DNA of 64,000 nucleotides, from IMG/VR virus record IMGVR_UViG_3300035696_000002, one strand, 5' to 3'. This document shows, in pieces, positions 9,558 through 18,075 of the stretch. The stretch is from a virus (lineage: Duplodnaviria; Heunggongvirae; Uroviricota; Caudoviricetes). Each line of letters starts with the position of its first letter. Position 1 is the first letter of the stretch. A program made the translations under genes and the position numbers. The notes below the pieces were generated by a model. That model saw nothing but the letters and a program-made list of their open reading frames with translations. It was not told where the DNA came from and did no database searches.

Positions 9558-9886
9558 AACACCTTAATACCCGACAAAAAGGTCATATCGTAACTGGTGG
9601 GGACTGTTTTTGTAGTGCAAGCATCGCACTGGCACGCAAAACTGACTGGGTGCGTGGCGTTGGTGTAGAAAAGTGGCTCATCATCCGGCAGATGAGCGTC
9701 GAATGGGTTGAACATGGCCTTCTCCTGTTCAAACTTGAGGGCATCAAGTTTTTCACGAGCAACCTCCGGGTCAGGCCCGTACCCCTTACAGTAAAAGTCG
9801 TCCCAACGATTTCGGTGGAGGTCAGCGAAACGCGGCAGTTGCTTATCTGACTGTAGCTTTCTCCAACGCTCCACCGAATCGTCCAT
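9542..9886 (-). CDS. Hypothetical protein
   Basis: 114-aa ORF tiling the operon. Confidence 0.5.
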   Translation of the reverse strand: MDDSVERWRKLQSDKQLPRFADLHRNRWDDFYCKGYGPDPEVAREKLDALKFEQEKAMFNPFDAHLPDDEPLFYTNATHPVSFACQCDACTTKTVPTSYDMTFLSGIKVLWENP

Positions 9887-9903
9887 ACAAAGGGGACGGC
9901 TAG

Positions 9904-10599
9904 TTATTTGGTTACCAGTTCGAGCAGAGGGTCTTCGACCCCATCCTCGGCAGCGGATTCGGCGGCGGTACCGAGAAGGTCGCCAAATACCCCCTCATCG
10001 TCGGTTGCCCCCGTGGTCAGGTCTACAACCATCTCCGGCGAGGAGTTGGTCATGTTGACGGTCGTCCACTGCGGGGCCGTGCCCGTGCTGCTCAGCGTGA
10101 CCCCTGTGGCACCATCGCTGCTGCCGCAGTTGGCCGTGGCCAAGTTGAACGTGCTGATGTTGCCCGAATTACTGACTCCCACGGCGTTGGAGAAGCACCC
10201 GCCTTGGAAGTTGCCATTGGACGTGATGGTTTGCGTCGTGGGCACCTGATACGTGCCGTTCGAGCCCGTCGTGTTCAGGGTGATGGTCGAACCGCCGTAG
10301 GGATACCACTGCTGATTCGGATACCAGACCCAGTTGGGGTAGGTGTAGACGTAGCGGATGTTCTGCGGGGGCTCTGTGCCCTCAATTAGGGCCTTCAGGG
10401 AGCGATCCAGCATGTCGAGCCGGGCTACCTCTGCCAAAAGCTCTGAATGGTTCTTCTGTGCCGCTGCGAGACGTTTTTCCGCCGCGACCAGAGCCTTTTT
10501 CTTGCCCGCAAGCTCTTTTGAAGCGTGCAGGGCGAGCTTTGTGTACTTCGTTACCTTCTTTTTCTTCGTTTTTGGGACTTGCTTTGTCGATTTTGCCAT
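9904..10599 (-). CDS. Hypothetical protein (basic coiled-coil N-terminus, low-complexity C-terminus)
   Basis: 231 aa with GAGG RBS. Confidence 0.65.
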   Translation of the reverse strand: MAKSTKQVPKTKKKKVTKYTKLALHASKELAGKKKALVAAEKRLAAAQKNHSELLAEVARLDMLDRSLKALIEGTEPPQNIRYVYTYPNWVWYPNQQWYPYGGSTITLNTTGSNGTYQVPTTQTITSNGNFQGGCFSNAVGVSNSGNISTFNLATANCGSSDGATGVTLSSTGTAPQWTTVNMTNSSPEMVVDLTTGATDDEGVFGDLLGTAAESAAEDGVEDPLLELVTK

Positions 10600-10702
10600 G
10601 TGGCACCTCTAAAAATGCACTTTCGTAGTTCAAAAACGTCAAATCAGCGAACTGACTTGCGATTCTGAATACTTAATACTGCAAAAATGCAAATCCCAAA
10701 AC

Positions 10703-10729
10703 AAAAAGCCCCGACTTTCATCGGGGCTT
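10703..10729 (-). terminator. Intrinsic terminator
   Basis: aagccccga/tcggggctt stem plus T-run downstream of the 10752 gene. Confidence 0.75.
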
Positions 10730-10751
10730 AGTGATTTTTCAGGTTTTACCG

Positions 10752-12416
10752 TTATGACTGTCCGATTACCTGATAGTTCCATGTTGCGGATGCGGCAGGC
10801 GGTGTGGTGACATTGACCGTGAAGCCTGTCCAAGCACCAGCGGAGCCCTGATAGGTGACCCAGACGCCGCCGAGGGCGGTAGGATCGGCACCCACAGCCG
10901 TCAAAGCGACTGTCGGTGCGTTGGTGCCCGTGTAAGCGAAGTTGAAGCCCACTGCCGCCGTGGAAGCCGGGTTGGTCATTGTGACCGTTCCCGCCATATC
11001 CGCGTTGGTAGCACCACCAGCCAGCCCGGCGACGAGGTGTCCATGCGATGAAACTGAGATCGCAGCGGTACTGTTGACGTACCACTGTTGGAGATCGCCA
11101 GTTCCAATGCCTGTAATCTTGAGACCAACCGCCGCAGTGCCCGGAGCGACAGTGACAGCCCCGCCGCTAAGGGCGATTGTGCCGCCGCCTGAGGTTTGAA
11201 TCTGAACACCGCCGCCAGTTGCAGTGACACCGATGTAGTTGCTGCCCGTGTTATCCCACAGAACAACGCCGTCTGTCGCCAGTGATGCGTTGACGAGAAC
11301 ACCCTTGCCGCTAACAGAACCGCTGAGATATGAGCCGCCTGAACCGCCTGTGATAGTCACACCGCCAGCACCATTGCAGGTGACGCCGATGCCGCCCGTA
11401 CCGTCTTCGACGATAGTGAGACCCTGAGACGAGGAGTCCAAAACGGTGAAACCAGAACCGAGTGAGTTGATACCCGGAGCTTGCACGTTCGCACCTTCAA
11501 CCGTGATACCTGCGGAGAACGTCGGGTTGCCTGCCAGAGTTGCATACAGGGCGAGGTTCGGTGTGCCCGTGACCTGCGAGTAGGCAATACTCAGGGCTGA
11601 CTGGCTGATCCACGTAGTCGCGGTGCCCGTTGAACTGAGCAACTGACCAGACGTGCCGAGGGAGCCTGTGTGATCCTTGAAACCGCCGACAAGATTCAGA
11701 TTACCGTTGTAGTCGATCCAAACGGTCTTCGTGCTGGAGGGCGTTGCACCGCTTGCTGTGGTGAAGTCCGCGATGTCCGGGCTTCCAGCGTTGCCGCCAG
11801 TGACCGCAAGGGCGGGAAGACCGCCAATCGAAACGCTGCTGCTGATGCTGATGCCGTTGACATTCAACAGGCCGCTCGTTTTCATGCTGGCAACGATTGT
11901 GCCTTCGTTTGAGCTATACCAGTCTTGGGCCGAAATCGCGATGCCGCCCGATGCACTGACCGTGAGGGCCGTTGTCGAAACCGGGCTGCCGTTGGCAACG
12001 TTGCCGATAACCACGGCACCTGTGCCGCTGACGCTGCTGTTTGTCGCACCAGCGAATGCACCGCTGTTGTTCCACTGGATCGTGCCAGCCGCACCACTCG
12101 GGTTGCCGCCGCTAACGCTGCCCGGAACCCACGCGGAGCCGTTCCATTCGATGACTTGGCCGTTCGTTGCACCTGACTGCTGAAGTGCTGTCAGAGGGAT
12201 GTTGGTGAGAGAAGTCGGGTTGGCGAAGCCGAGGACAACCTGATCGCCGTTAATTCCGGCGACGCTGAGAAGCTGACCTGTGCCAATCGGGGCCGAGTTC
12301 GGCAAATAGATGACAAGACCGCCGCCGATGGACTGCGAGGCGAGTGTGGCTCCGCCTGCAATCGAACCTGTAAGCTGAAGTGTGCCGTTGATAACTGCGT
12401 TCTGTTGGGTTGCCAT
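10752..12416 (-). CDS. Tail/head fibre-like protein
   Basis: G/S/T-rich beta-structured 554 aa with ATNGQVIEWNGSAWVP and IQWNNSGAFAG fibre-shaft motifs. Confidence 0.7.
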   Translation of the reverse strand: MATQQNAVINGTLQLTGSIAGGATLASQSIGGGLVIYLPNSAPIGTGQLLSVAGINGDQVVLGFANPTSLTNIPLTALQQSGATNGQVIEWNGSAWVPGSVSGGNPSGAAGTIQWNNSGAFAGATNSSVSGTGAVVIGNVANGSPVSTTALTVSASGGIAISAQDWYSSNEGTIVASMKTSGLLNVNGISISSSVSIGGLPALAVTGGNAGSPDIADFTTASGATPSSTKTVWIDYNGNLNLVGGFKDHTGSLGTSGQLLSSTGTATTWISQSALSIAYSQVTGTPNLALYATLAGNPTFSAGITVEGANVQAPGINSLGSGFTVLDSSSQGLTIVEDGTGGIGVTCNGAGGVTITGGSGGSYLSGSVSGKGVLVNASLATDGVVLWDNTGSNYIGVTATGGGVQIQTSGGGTIALSGGAVTVAPGTAAVGLKITGIGTGDLQQWYVNSTAAISVSSHGHLVAGLAGGATNADMAGTVTMTNPASTAAVGFNFAYTGTNAPTVALTAVGADPTALGGVWVTYQGSAGAWTGFTVNVTTPPAASATWNYQVIGQS

Positions 12417-12419
12417 GGG

Positions 12420-12950
12420 TTACATACTCCTGACGTAGACACTCACAAGGTTTGAGCTTGCGGTGAAGAATACTTGCCCGGTCGTCTGTGTGAAGACCGA
12501 GTTTGCCAGCACAAGAAATTCGACATCCGGGCTGGTTTCGGTTGGGTTCGGGATGGTGTAGCCGACCACATCCGCCTTACGGCCCGTGCAGGCATCCGGT
12601 GCCGAGAACAGGGTCAGCGTCGAGTTCACATACGCCGTCCAGTAGGTCGGGTTGCCTGTTGGAATCTGGTTCAAGTTCGGCGTCGTCGCCGTGGCGACAT
12701 AGGCGGTGCCAGTGTAGTTGACCACTGTACCCTGCGTATACGAGATCGCCGAGTTCCATGCCGGGGCCGAAGCCGGATCGGATGCGTAGAAGGTCACGAG
12801 GTCACGGCCACTGGCAACGAAGTAGTTGCCGTTGAGCGGATCGCAGACGGTAAACAGCGGGTTGAGAATCGTCGAGCTTCCAACTGGGGCGGGAACGCCT
12901 GTCGGCTGAAGTGTGATCGGTGGAACGTTCGGTACGAGTGTCTGTGCCAT
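12420..12950 (-). CDS. Virion protein with CBM5/12-like carbohydrate-binding module
   Basis: AWNSAISYTQGTVVNYTGTAYVA...P...PTYW. Confidence 0.7.
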   Translation of the reverse strand: MAQTLVPNVPPITLQPTGVPAPVGSSTILNPLFTVCDPLNGNYFVASGRDLVTFYASDPASAPAWNSAISYTQGTVVNYTGTAYVATATTPNLNQIPTGNPTYWTAYVNSTLTLFSAPDACTGRKADVVGYTIPNPTETSPDVEFLVLANSVFTQTTGQVFFTASSNLVSVYVRSM

Positions 12951-12963
12951 GGTGATTTATTCC

Positions 12964-13194
12964 TTATTTCGCTGCTGTGTTTGCGACGTGGTGCCCGATG
13001 TGCAGAACCTTATGCACGAAGTCACCCCAGAAAATGTGTAGGAGGAATTGATGCACCGCTGCCGCCGCCCTTGGTGCCATGAACTCAAAGACCCCCCAGC
13101 CTGTACTGATCGCGGCGAAATGGATTTTCACCAGATTTCGCCTTACCCACGACTGAGCCTTTACGGCATCGGTCGCAACGTCTTTGGTGTCCAT
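12964..13194 (-). CDS. Small hydrophobic protein
   Basis: 76-aa ORF with amphipathic/hydrophobic segments. Confidence 0.5.
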   Translation of the reverse strand: MDTKDVATDAVKAQSWVRRNLVKIHFAAISTGWGVFEFMAPRAAAAVHQFLLHIFWGDFVHKVLHIGHHVANTAAK

Positions 13195-13201
13195 CGACGA
13201 C

Positions 13202-13342
13202 TTAGACCTTGCTCTTCGCCCAGCTTAGAAAGCTGTCGAGTTTAGCGGCCAAAGTAGGGTAATTCGTGCTGAATTTGACGCCGCCGACGAAAATGGCGAA
13301 TGCAACGGCAGCCTCAATAGCAATCTTGATAAGTCCAAACAT
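13202..13342 (-). CDS. Small membrane protein (46 aa)
   Basis: Hand-translated MFGLIKIAIEAAVAFAIFVGGVKFSTNYPTLAAKLDSFLSWAKSKV; GGGGGA RBS. Confidence 0.6.
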   Translation of the reverse strand: MFGLIKIAIEAAVAFAIFVGGVKFSTNYPTLAAKLDSFLSWAKSKV

Positions 13343-13392
13343 GGAAGTGTCCCCCTACTACAGAGAGCGGAAAGATCGAATTTTTCGGGGGC

Positions 13393-13441
13393 AAAAAAGA
13401 AGACTGGCTTTAGGCCCGATTCGAACGGACGCTAAAGCCAG
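13393..13441 (-). terminator. Intrinsic terminator with T-loop-like apex
   Basis: ctggctttag/ctaaagccag 10-bp stem followed by TCTTCTTTTTT on the minus strand. Confidence 0.6.
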
Positions 13442-13473
13442 CCCAAGGAGGTAATGACAACAGAGACACCAGT

Positions 13474-14376
13474 TTACAGGGTAGGAGGGGTGGTGTCAAG
13501 CTCAGTTTCAGGCTCCCGCTTCTTGTACGGTCGCCGGGGCTTGGACGCATGCCGCCAGTCGATAAAGCAGTCCCCAAGCTGCCGTAAACGGTTGCGATAC
13601 CTGACAAATTCCTCATCCGGCACATCCACGCCAAGCTCATCCCGGAGGTAGGCTGCGGCCTCGTTTTGGGTGCCCGTTTTCCCGATGGCTTCAATCACCG
13701 GAATCATGGTCGGGTCTTCCTCTTCAACGAAACGGATGAACTCCAACACAAAAAGGCGGTCATCCTGATGCTTCTCGCCCTGCCGCCTGATCTCCGACAG
13801 ATACTCGGAATTGTGGTGAATGAATTCGTCGGAGCCCAGAAGGTTATCGGTGGGGTCGCCGATCAGCGGGGCCGACTGCCCGAGAGAAACATTCCCATAG
13901 CGACACACCGGGTTCTTGACTCGCTTCCCCTGCACTGTGTTAAATTTGTTCGCGAGGCAGAAGTTGACGTAGGCTCGGAAGCGACGCTCGCTCGCACCGT
14001 ACTGCTGATACGGATTGAACGTCTCGATCACATCCTGACACCCGTTGGGGCGGAAATTTGCTCCGGCCTTGCGGTGCTTGGATGTGGCTGGGAGGTATTT
14101 CAGGTGGATGATGAGGTCTTGCGTCCAGTCTTCGACATCTTCGTCGATGGTGAACTTGTGCAGCCGCTTCTTCACCCAGTAAGGAATGTAGTTCGGGAAT
14201 CGCTCGTAGAATTCGTTAAAGTCCTTCGGCACTACGAAGCCGTCTTCGCCTACGAAATGGCCGTCGTCGCTGATTGTGATAGGGTCACCCAAGTAGTCCT
14301 CGGGTGGAACAATGTCTTTTTGTACGGGTAACTCAGGAATTTCAGGCACAACACTACCACGAACGTCGCTGCTCAT
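13474..14376 (-). CDS. Divergent sigma-factor-like protein
   Basis: DVEDWTQDLIIHL and FRAYVNFCLANKFNT resemble sigma region 2; TQNEAAAYL...YRNRLRQL resembles the region-4 HTH. Confidence 0.55.
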   Translation of the reverse strand: MSSDVRGSVVPEIPELPVQKDIVPPEDYLGDPITISDDGHFVGEDGFVVPKDFNEFYERFPNYIPYWVKKRLHKFTIDEDVEDWTQDLIIHLKYLPATSKHRKAGANFRPNGCQDVIETFNPYQQYGASERRFRAYVNFCLANKFNTVQGKRVKNPVCRYGNVSLGQSAPLIGDPTDNLLGSDEFIHHNSEYLSEIRRQGEKHQDDRLFVLEFIRFVEEEDPTMIPVIEAIGKTGTQNEAAAYLRDELGVDVPDEEFVRYRNRLRQLGDCFIDWRHASKPRRPYKKREPETELDTTPPTL

Positions 14377-14391
14377 TCAGGCTCCGACCGA

Positions 14392-14607
14392 TTAGAGGGT
14401 TTTGATACCGATGATCCGCTCAAGCTCTTCGATATCGTATCTCAGGCCACGAGCGAATACGCACTTTTCGCGATCCCCACATTTGCAAACCGAGGGGTGC
14501 TGATCGTACAGTTCCCTCATCATGCGAAGAGCACGTACTTTGTCCGGCATGGCGAGAACCTGCTGGTGCATGCTCTTTTGCCTTTCGGACAGATTGGTTG
14601 ATGCCAT
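14392..14607 (-). CDS. Hypothetical protein
   Basis: 71 aa with HxxxCxC...C. Confidence 0.5.
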   Translation of the reverse strand: MASTNLSERQKSMHQQVLAMPDKVRALRMMRELYDQHPSVCKCGDREKCVFARGLRYDIEELERIIGIKTL

Positions 14608-14687
14608 TGACAGTACGGCGAATGCCGCCTCCAGACAACTAGCCTACCACAGATGTAGGTTAGATGCAACAGGGGCGGATAAAGATG

Positions 14688-14999
14688 TTAGATTTTGCCG
14701 TCTTCGGCTTTGGCCTTGATGTAGCCAAGGAACTCCGTGAGTTCGTTTTTCATGGCTGTGGTGTCCGCCGCCATTTGAGGCAGGCAAGCGGTGTTGGCTT
14801 GAATGGTTTGAAGATGATTTTCTGCCTGCGTCCCTTGGATAGTATGAATCTTCTCCAAAGTGGCGAACGCCTTAACGACCTTGTCCCACGCAGTTTTCAC
14901 GAGGTATACCCCGAGAGAGCCAAGTCCGCTGGCAGCGATGCCCAATAGCCACTGCAACCATGCGGGTAGTCCGTTCCAGATTGAAAGCAAGGAGCCCAT
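14688..14999 (-). CDS. Holin-like membrane protein (single TM plus coiled coil)
   Basis: WLQWLLGIAASGLGSLGVYLV followed by a helical charged tail. Confidence 0.45.
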   Translation of the reverse strand: MGSLLSIWNGLPAWLQWLLGIAASGLGSLGVYLVKTAWDKVVKAFATLEKIHTIQGTQAENHLQTIQANTACLPQMAADTTAMKNELTEFLGYIKAKAEDGKI

Positions 15000-15117
15000 T
15001 CCGTGTCCCTTTTCAGTAGAGTCGATTTAATGACAAATCTTTTTCAACATGTTACTGTGAAACCCGGCGATAGTCTCTTCTACTAATCAATTGTGTAGTG
15101 GAAAAATGTGGGAAAAT

Positions 15118-17166
15118 CTACCTTCCCCTTCTTCCCCCTCTTTTGTGCCAAGGGGAAACTGGGGCGGTGCCGGATGAATATCCTCCAGTATTTTGGGCTT
15201 TTTTGACCTTCTCCATAATTCGAAGCTGACGCAGGGACACAGAGTCCAAACTTTCTGGGACAGCACCAGTGACTTTGTGCTGCTGTTCGTTCAGCATGAG
15301 GCTTCGCCCGGTCGGATCGAGCAGCATACGCGGGTTGGTGAGCATCCACTCCTGAGCGAGATACGCCACAAGCTGCACCGCGTCCACCATGTCATCGTGC
15401 GATCCCTTTTCAGGCGGGGCCTGCACACGAATCTGGTACTTGCCGACAACATCGGCTTCAACGAGTTTGATTTCCTCGATGAACTTCGGCACGTAAGGGA
15501 ACGAACAGTTTTTGTTCTTGATGAAACCACGCAGAGCATACGCCGCTTTCGAGTTGATCGCCGTGGTCAAGTTGACCAATTCCACGTTGTGCACCATGTG
15601 CATCCCGAGGAGGTAGATAAGCTGCTGACCGCCGTGTTGGTCAGTTGCACCCATGAAGCATGGGAACACTTTATTCATTTCGTCGAACCAAGAGAGAATG
15701 TCGTCGAGCGGGAGGGCCTTGTAGTTTTTGTACTTTTCCATTCCCAGATCGTTTTTCACACCGACCCACTGGCCTACTTCGCCTGTCATCATGCGATCAA
15801 TGTAGTCGTAGATGAGGTGAACACCGTGAATGCCCCGGTATTCGAGGTGACCAATCGCCAAAGCAGTCGCGTCAGAAGCCTGACCAGTCATCGGGTTGAC
15901 TCCACCAAGATCAAGTCCCCAGAAATACATGCGGCCAATTGATGTCGGATGGAACGTGCAGGCGTTCATCCGGGCGGTACCAGAAACAACATCGCCGTTA
16001 GCATCCCACTGGCAATCGACGCACTCCTTGACATCCCGCTCAGCAACGTAGGTTTCAGAAGACTCAAGGAACTTGCCGCCGAATTCAGCTTTCCACGTGA
16101 TCGGGCTCTTTGTTTCTTCCGAACGCAGGTACGCGGGCAGGAGAGTTGGATTCATTTCTGCTGAGGAGCAGTTCAACGTGAAAATATTGGTCGGCCCATT
16201 TGGCCCTTCCGTCATGGCCAGCTTGTGCAACTCGAACATCTTACCAACACGCTTCTGCGGGGAGGAGATCGACAGGATCATCGAATCCTGAAGTTCAAAC
16301 GGTTCGCCGTTCGGCTGAAACTGATCGGGAACTACGTGATGGAAGGTACCAGTCGCGGGCGTCGCAGCCGCGTACATGTCGTCTGACGTTGATCCGGTCT
16401 CGGAACGGAAGTGAGCGAATTCGTCAAGAGCCAAGAAAATGGACGAAGGCCCACGGACTGCGTTCGTTGTGCAAGGCAGCGACCAAACCATGATGGTCGG
16501 CGTCACTTCCTGCTTCAAACGGTCAGCCTCGCAAACGAAGGTCAAGCTCTTTGCGTTGTTGTCCTTCAAGTACGGCCCGAAAAACTTGGCGTGGTTCACA
16601 TCTTCGCGAAGCTTCTTGAACAGACGGTCAGCACCACGGTCGTCTTGAGCGAGGAAGGTGAAGTCGAGGATCGAGCCCGGCATCAAGCCGAAGTATTCCT
16701 GCGGCGAGCGGATGTTCAACAGGAGATAAAGTTTGTAGGCGGCGATGGCGGCGACGAGTTCTGATTTACCACCACGGCGTCCGGCGAAAATGCAACCTTC
16801 ACGGAAGCCCCACTCAGGAATGTCTCGCCAGTCTTTAACGTTGCAGCGGCCTTCTTCATGGCAGATACGGAGGTATTCTTCCTCGGTGACGGTGCGAATC
16901 TTTTTCTCGCGGTACTCGTCCCACATCACCACTTCGCCCCAGCCCGGAATCTTTTCAGACCAGTCAGGGACATAATCAAAGGGAACGCCGAACATGCACT
17001 TCGCGATGACACGCTGAACCGGATAGAGAGTCACACGGAGGCCTTGCGGCCCCTCGATGAAATCTATGGCATTCAGGAGGTTGGTCTGATCTTCGATGCC
17101 CTTCAGAATCGTTTGTGCGAACTTCGATTCCTGAAGGTTCTTATTGAACTTCGCGGAACGTGGCAA
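15118..17166 (-). CDS. terL: Terminase large subunit
   Basis: Walker A AGRRGGKS, Walker B LALDEFAH, ISSP coupling motif, nuclease WGLDLG...HDDMVDA. Confidence 0.93.
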   Translation of the reverse strand: MPRSAKFNKNLQESKFAQTILKGIEDQTNLLNAIDFIEGPQGLRVTLYPVQRVIAKCMFGVPFDYVPDWSEKIPGWGEVVMWDEYREKKIRTVTEEEYLRICHEEGRCNVKDWRDIPEWGFREGCIFAGRRGGKSELVAAIAAYKLYLLLNIRSPQEYFGLMPGSILDFTFLAQDDRGADRLFKKLREDVNHAKFFGPYLKDNNAKSLTFVCEADRLKQEVTPTIMVWSLPCTTNAVRGPSSIFLALDEFAHFRSETGSTSDDMYAAATPATGTFHHVVPDQFQPNGEPFELQDSMILSISSPQKRVGKMFELHKLAMTEGPNGPTNIFTLNCSSAEMNPTLLPAYLRSEETKSPITWKAEFGGKFLESSETYVAERDVKECVDCQWDANGDVVSGTARMNACTFHPTSIGRMYFWGLDLGGVNPMTGQASDATALAIGHLEYRGIHGVHLIYDYIDRMMTGEVGQWVGVKNDLGMEKYKNYKALPLDDILSWFDEMNKVFPCFMGATDQHGGQQLIYLLGMHMVHNVELVNLTTAINSKAAYALRGFIKNKNCSFPYVPKFIEEIKLVEADVVGKYQIRVQAPPEKGSHDDMVDAVQLVAYLAQEWMLTNPRMLLDPTGRSLMLNEQQHKVTGAVPESLDSVSLRQLRIMEKVKKAQNTGGYSSGTAPVSPWHKRGGRRGR

Positions 17167-17218
17167 TGTAAACCCCTTCTACAATAAAGGGTTACGTATT
17201 GGCGGGATTGAGATTAGG

Positions 17219-17517
17219 TGGGGCCGTTCGCGTAGATTACACGGCCCCTTTCTCGGCTCGCTGTAGCGGATTGCACGCGAACCCAGATATGAAATAAAAC
17301 CGGGGCCGCCCCGTGAGATTGAACGGCCCCTAAAACGGGAGCACCACATGGGCGTCCCGAACTTTTCGTGGATGTCACAAACACGGGTGGGATTCCGTTT
17401 TCCCCAGTATGCGTTTTCAGTCTGTAACTGGGACGCTACAGACCTCGTACTTCAACGTAGTAACCGGGACGCTTAGCACACCCACAGCCGCCCTCACGAG
17501 TCGGCTCATCCACGAAA
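17219..17517 (-). ncRNA. Candidate structured non-coding RNA
   Basis: ORF-free ~350-nt gap with an 11-bp enclosing helix (17364-17374/17507-17517), nested hairpins and pseudoknot-compatible words. Confidence 0.5.
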
Positions 17518-17524
17518 CTTAAGC

Positions 17525-17740
17525 TTACAACCCTTGGTTCTGAGTGTCAAGATCAACTATGCCGTCAAACACCAGTTCCCCATTTTCACCACGGTGGTAC
17601 TGAGCGACGACAGTCTTATCCGGCCCTGTAGCCAGATCGAGACCCCAGAAAAATTCCTTGCCAGATTCCCAGCCTGTTTGAATCTCAGGCCACTTCTTTG
17701 CAAGCGTTTCAACTTCGGTTAGCGGAATTTTCGTTGCCAT
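17525..17740 (-). CDS. Small protein resembling the first strands of a terminase nuclease domain
   Basis: FFWGLDLATGPDKTVV; GGAAGG RBS before MATKIP. Confidence 0.55.
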   Translation of the reverse strand: MATKIPLTEVETLAKKWPEIQTGWESGKEFFWGLDLATGPDKTVVAQYHRGENGELVFDGIVDLDTQNQGL

Positions 17741-17770
17741 ACTACCTTCCAATTACGCCCTGTGTGTCCA

Positions 17771-18073
17771 TTACCATCTCCCATTGCCCACGTTCTTTAA
17801 TACTGCCTGAGCGTGCAGTTGTGCATTTGCGTACTCTTCATCCCAGTTTGTTTGTACGGTTCTCTGTGCAGTTGCGTCAACTCGACGAAGGCCGAGACCG
17901 CCCGTGCGAACAGGCTTCAGCCGTACACGACTCTCCGGGTTCTCCGGGAGATCGCCCAACTCTTCGAGGTACATATCCATGGGGTCGGACGGATCGGGTT
18001 CGGACAGGAGTGTCCATTCCCCGCGTGAGGATGCCAGAACAGCACCGAGACGGCTGAGCTTAACCAAAGGCAT
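17771..18073 (-). CDS. Hypothetical protein
   Basis: 100 aa starting 2 nt after the upstream stop. Confidence 0.5.
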   Translation of the reverse strand: MPLVKLSRLGAVLASSRGEWTLLSEPDPSDPMDMYLEELGDLPENPESRVRLKPVRTGGLGLRRVDATAQRTVQTNWDEEYANAQLHAQAVLKNVGNGRW

Positions 18074-18075
18074 GG

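Noticed and set aside
13404-13441. GTTCGAATC T-loop suggesting a tRNA
   Set aside because: Only a single extended hairpin with no D or anticodon arms; it is followed by a U-tract, so a terminator fits better.
15118-17166. Intein or intron in the terminase
   Set aside because: The ORF is continuous with ordinary motif spacing and no splice-junction motifs.
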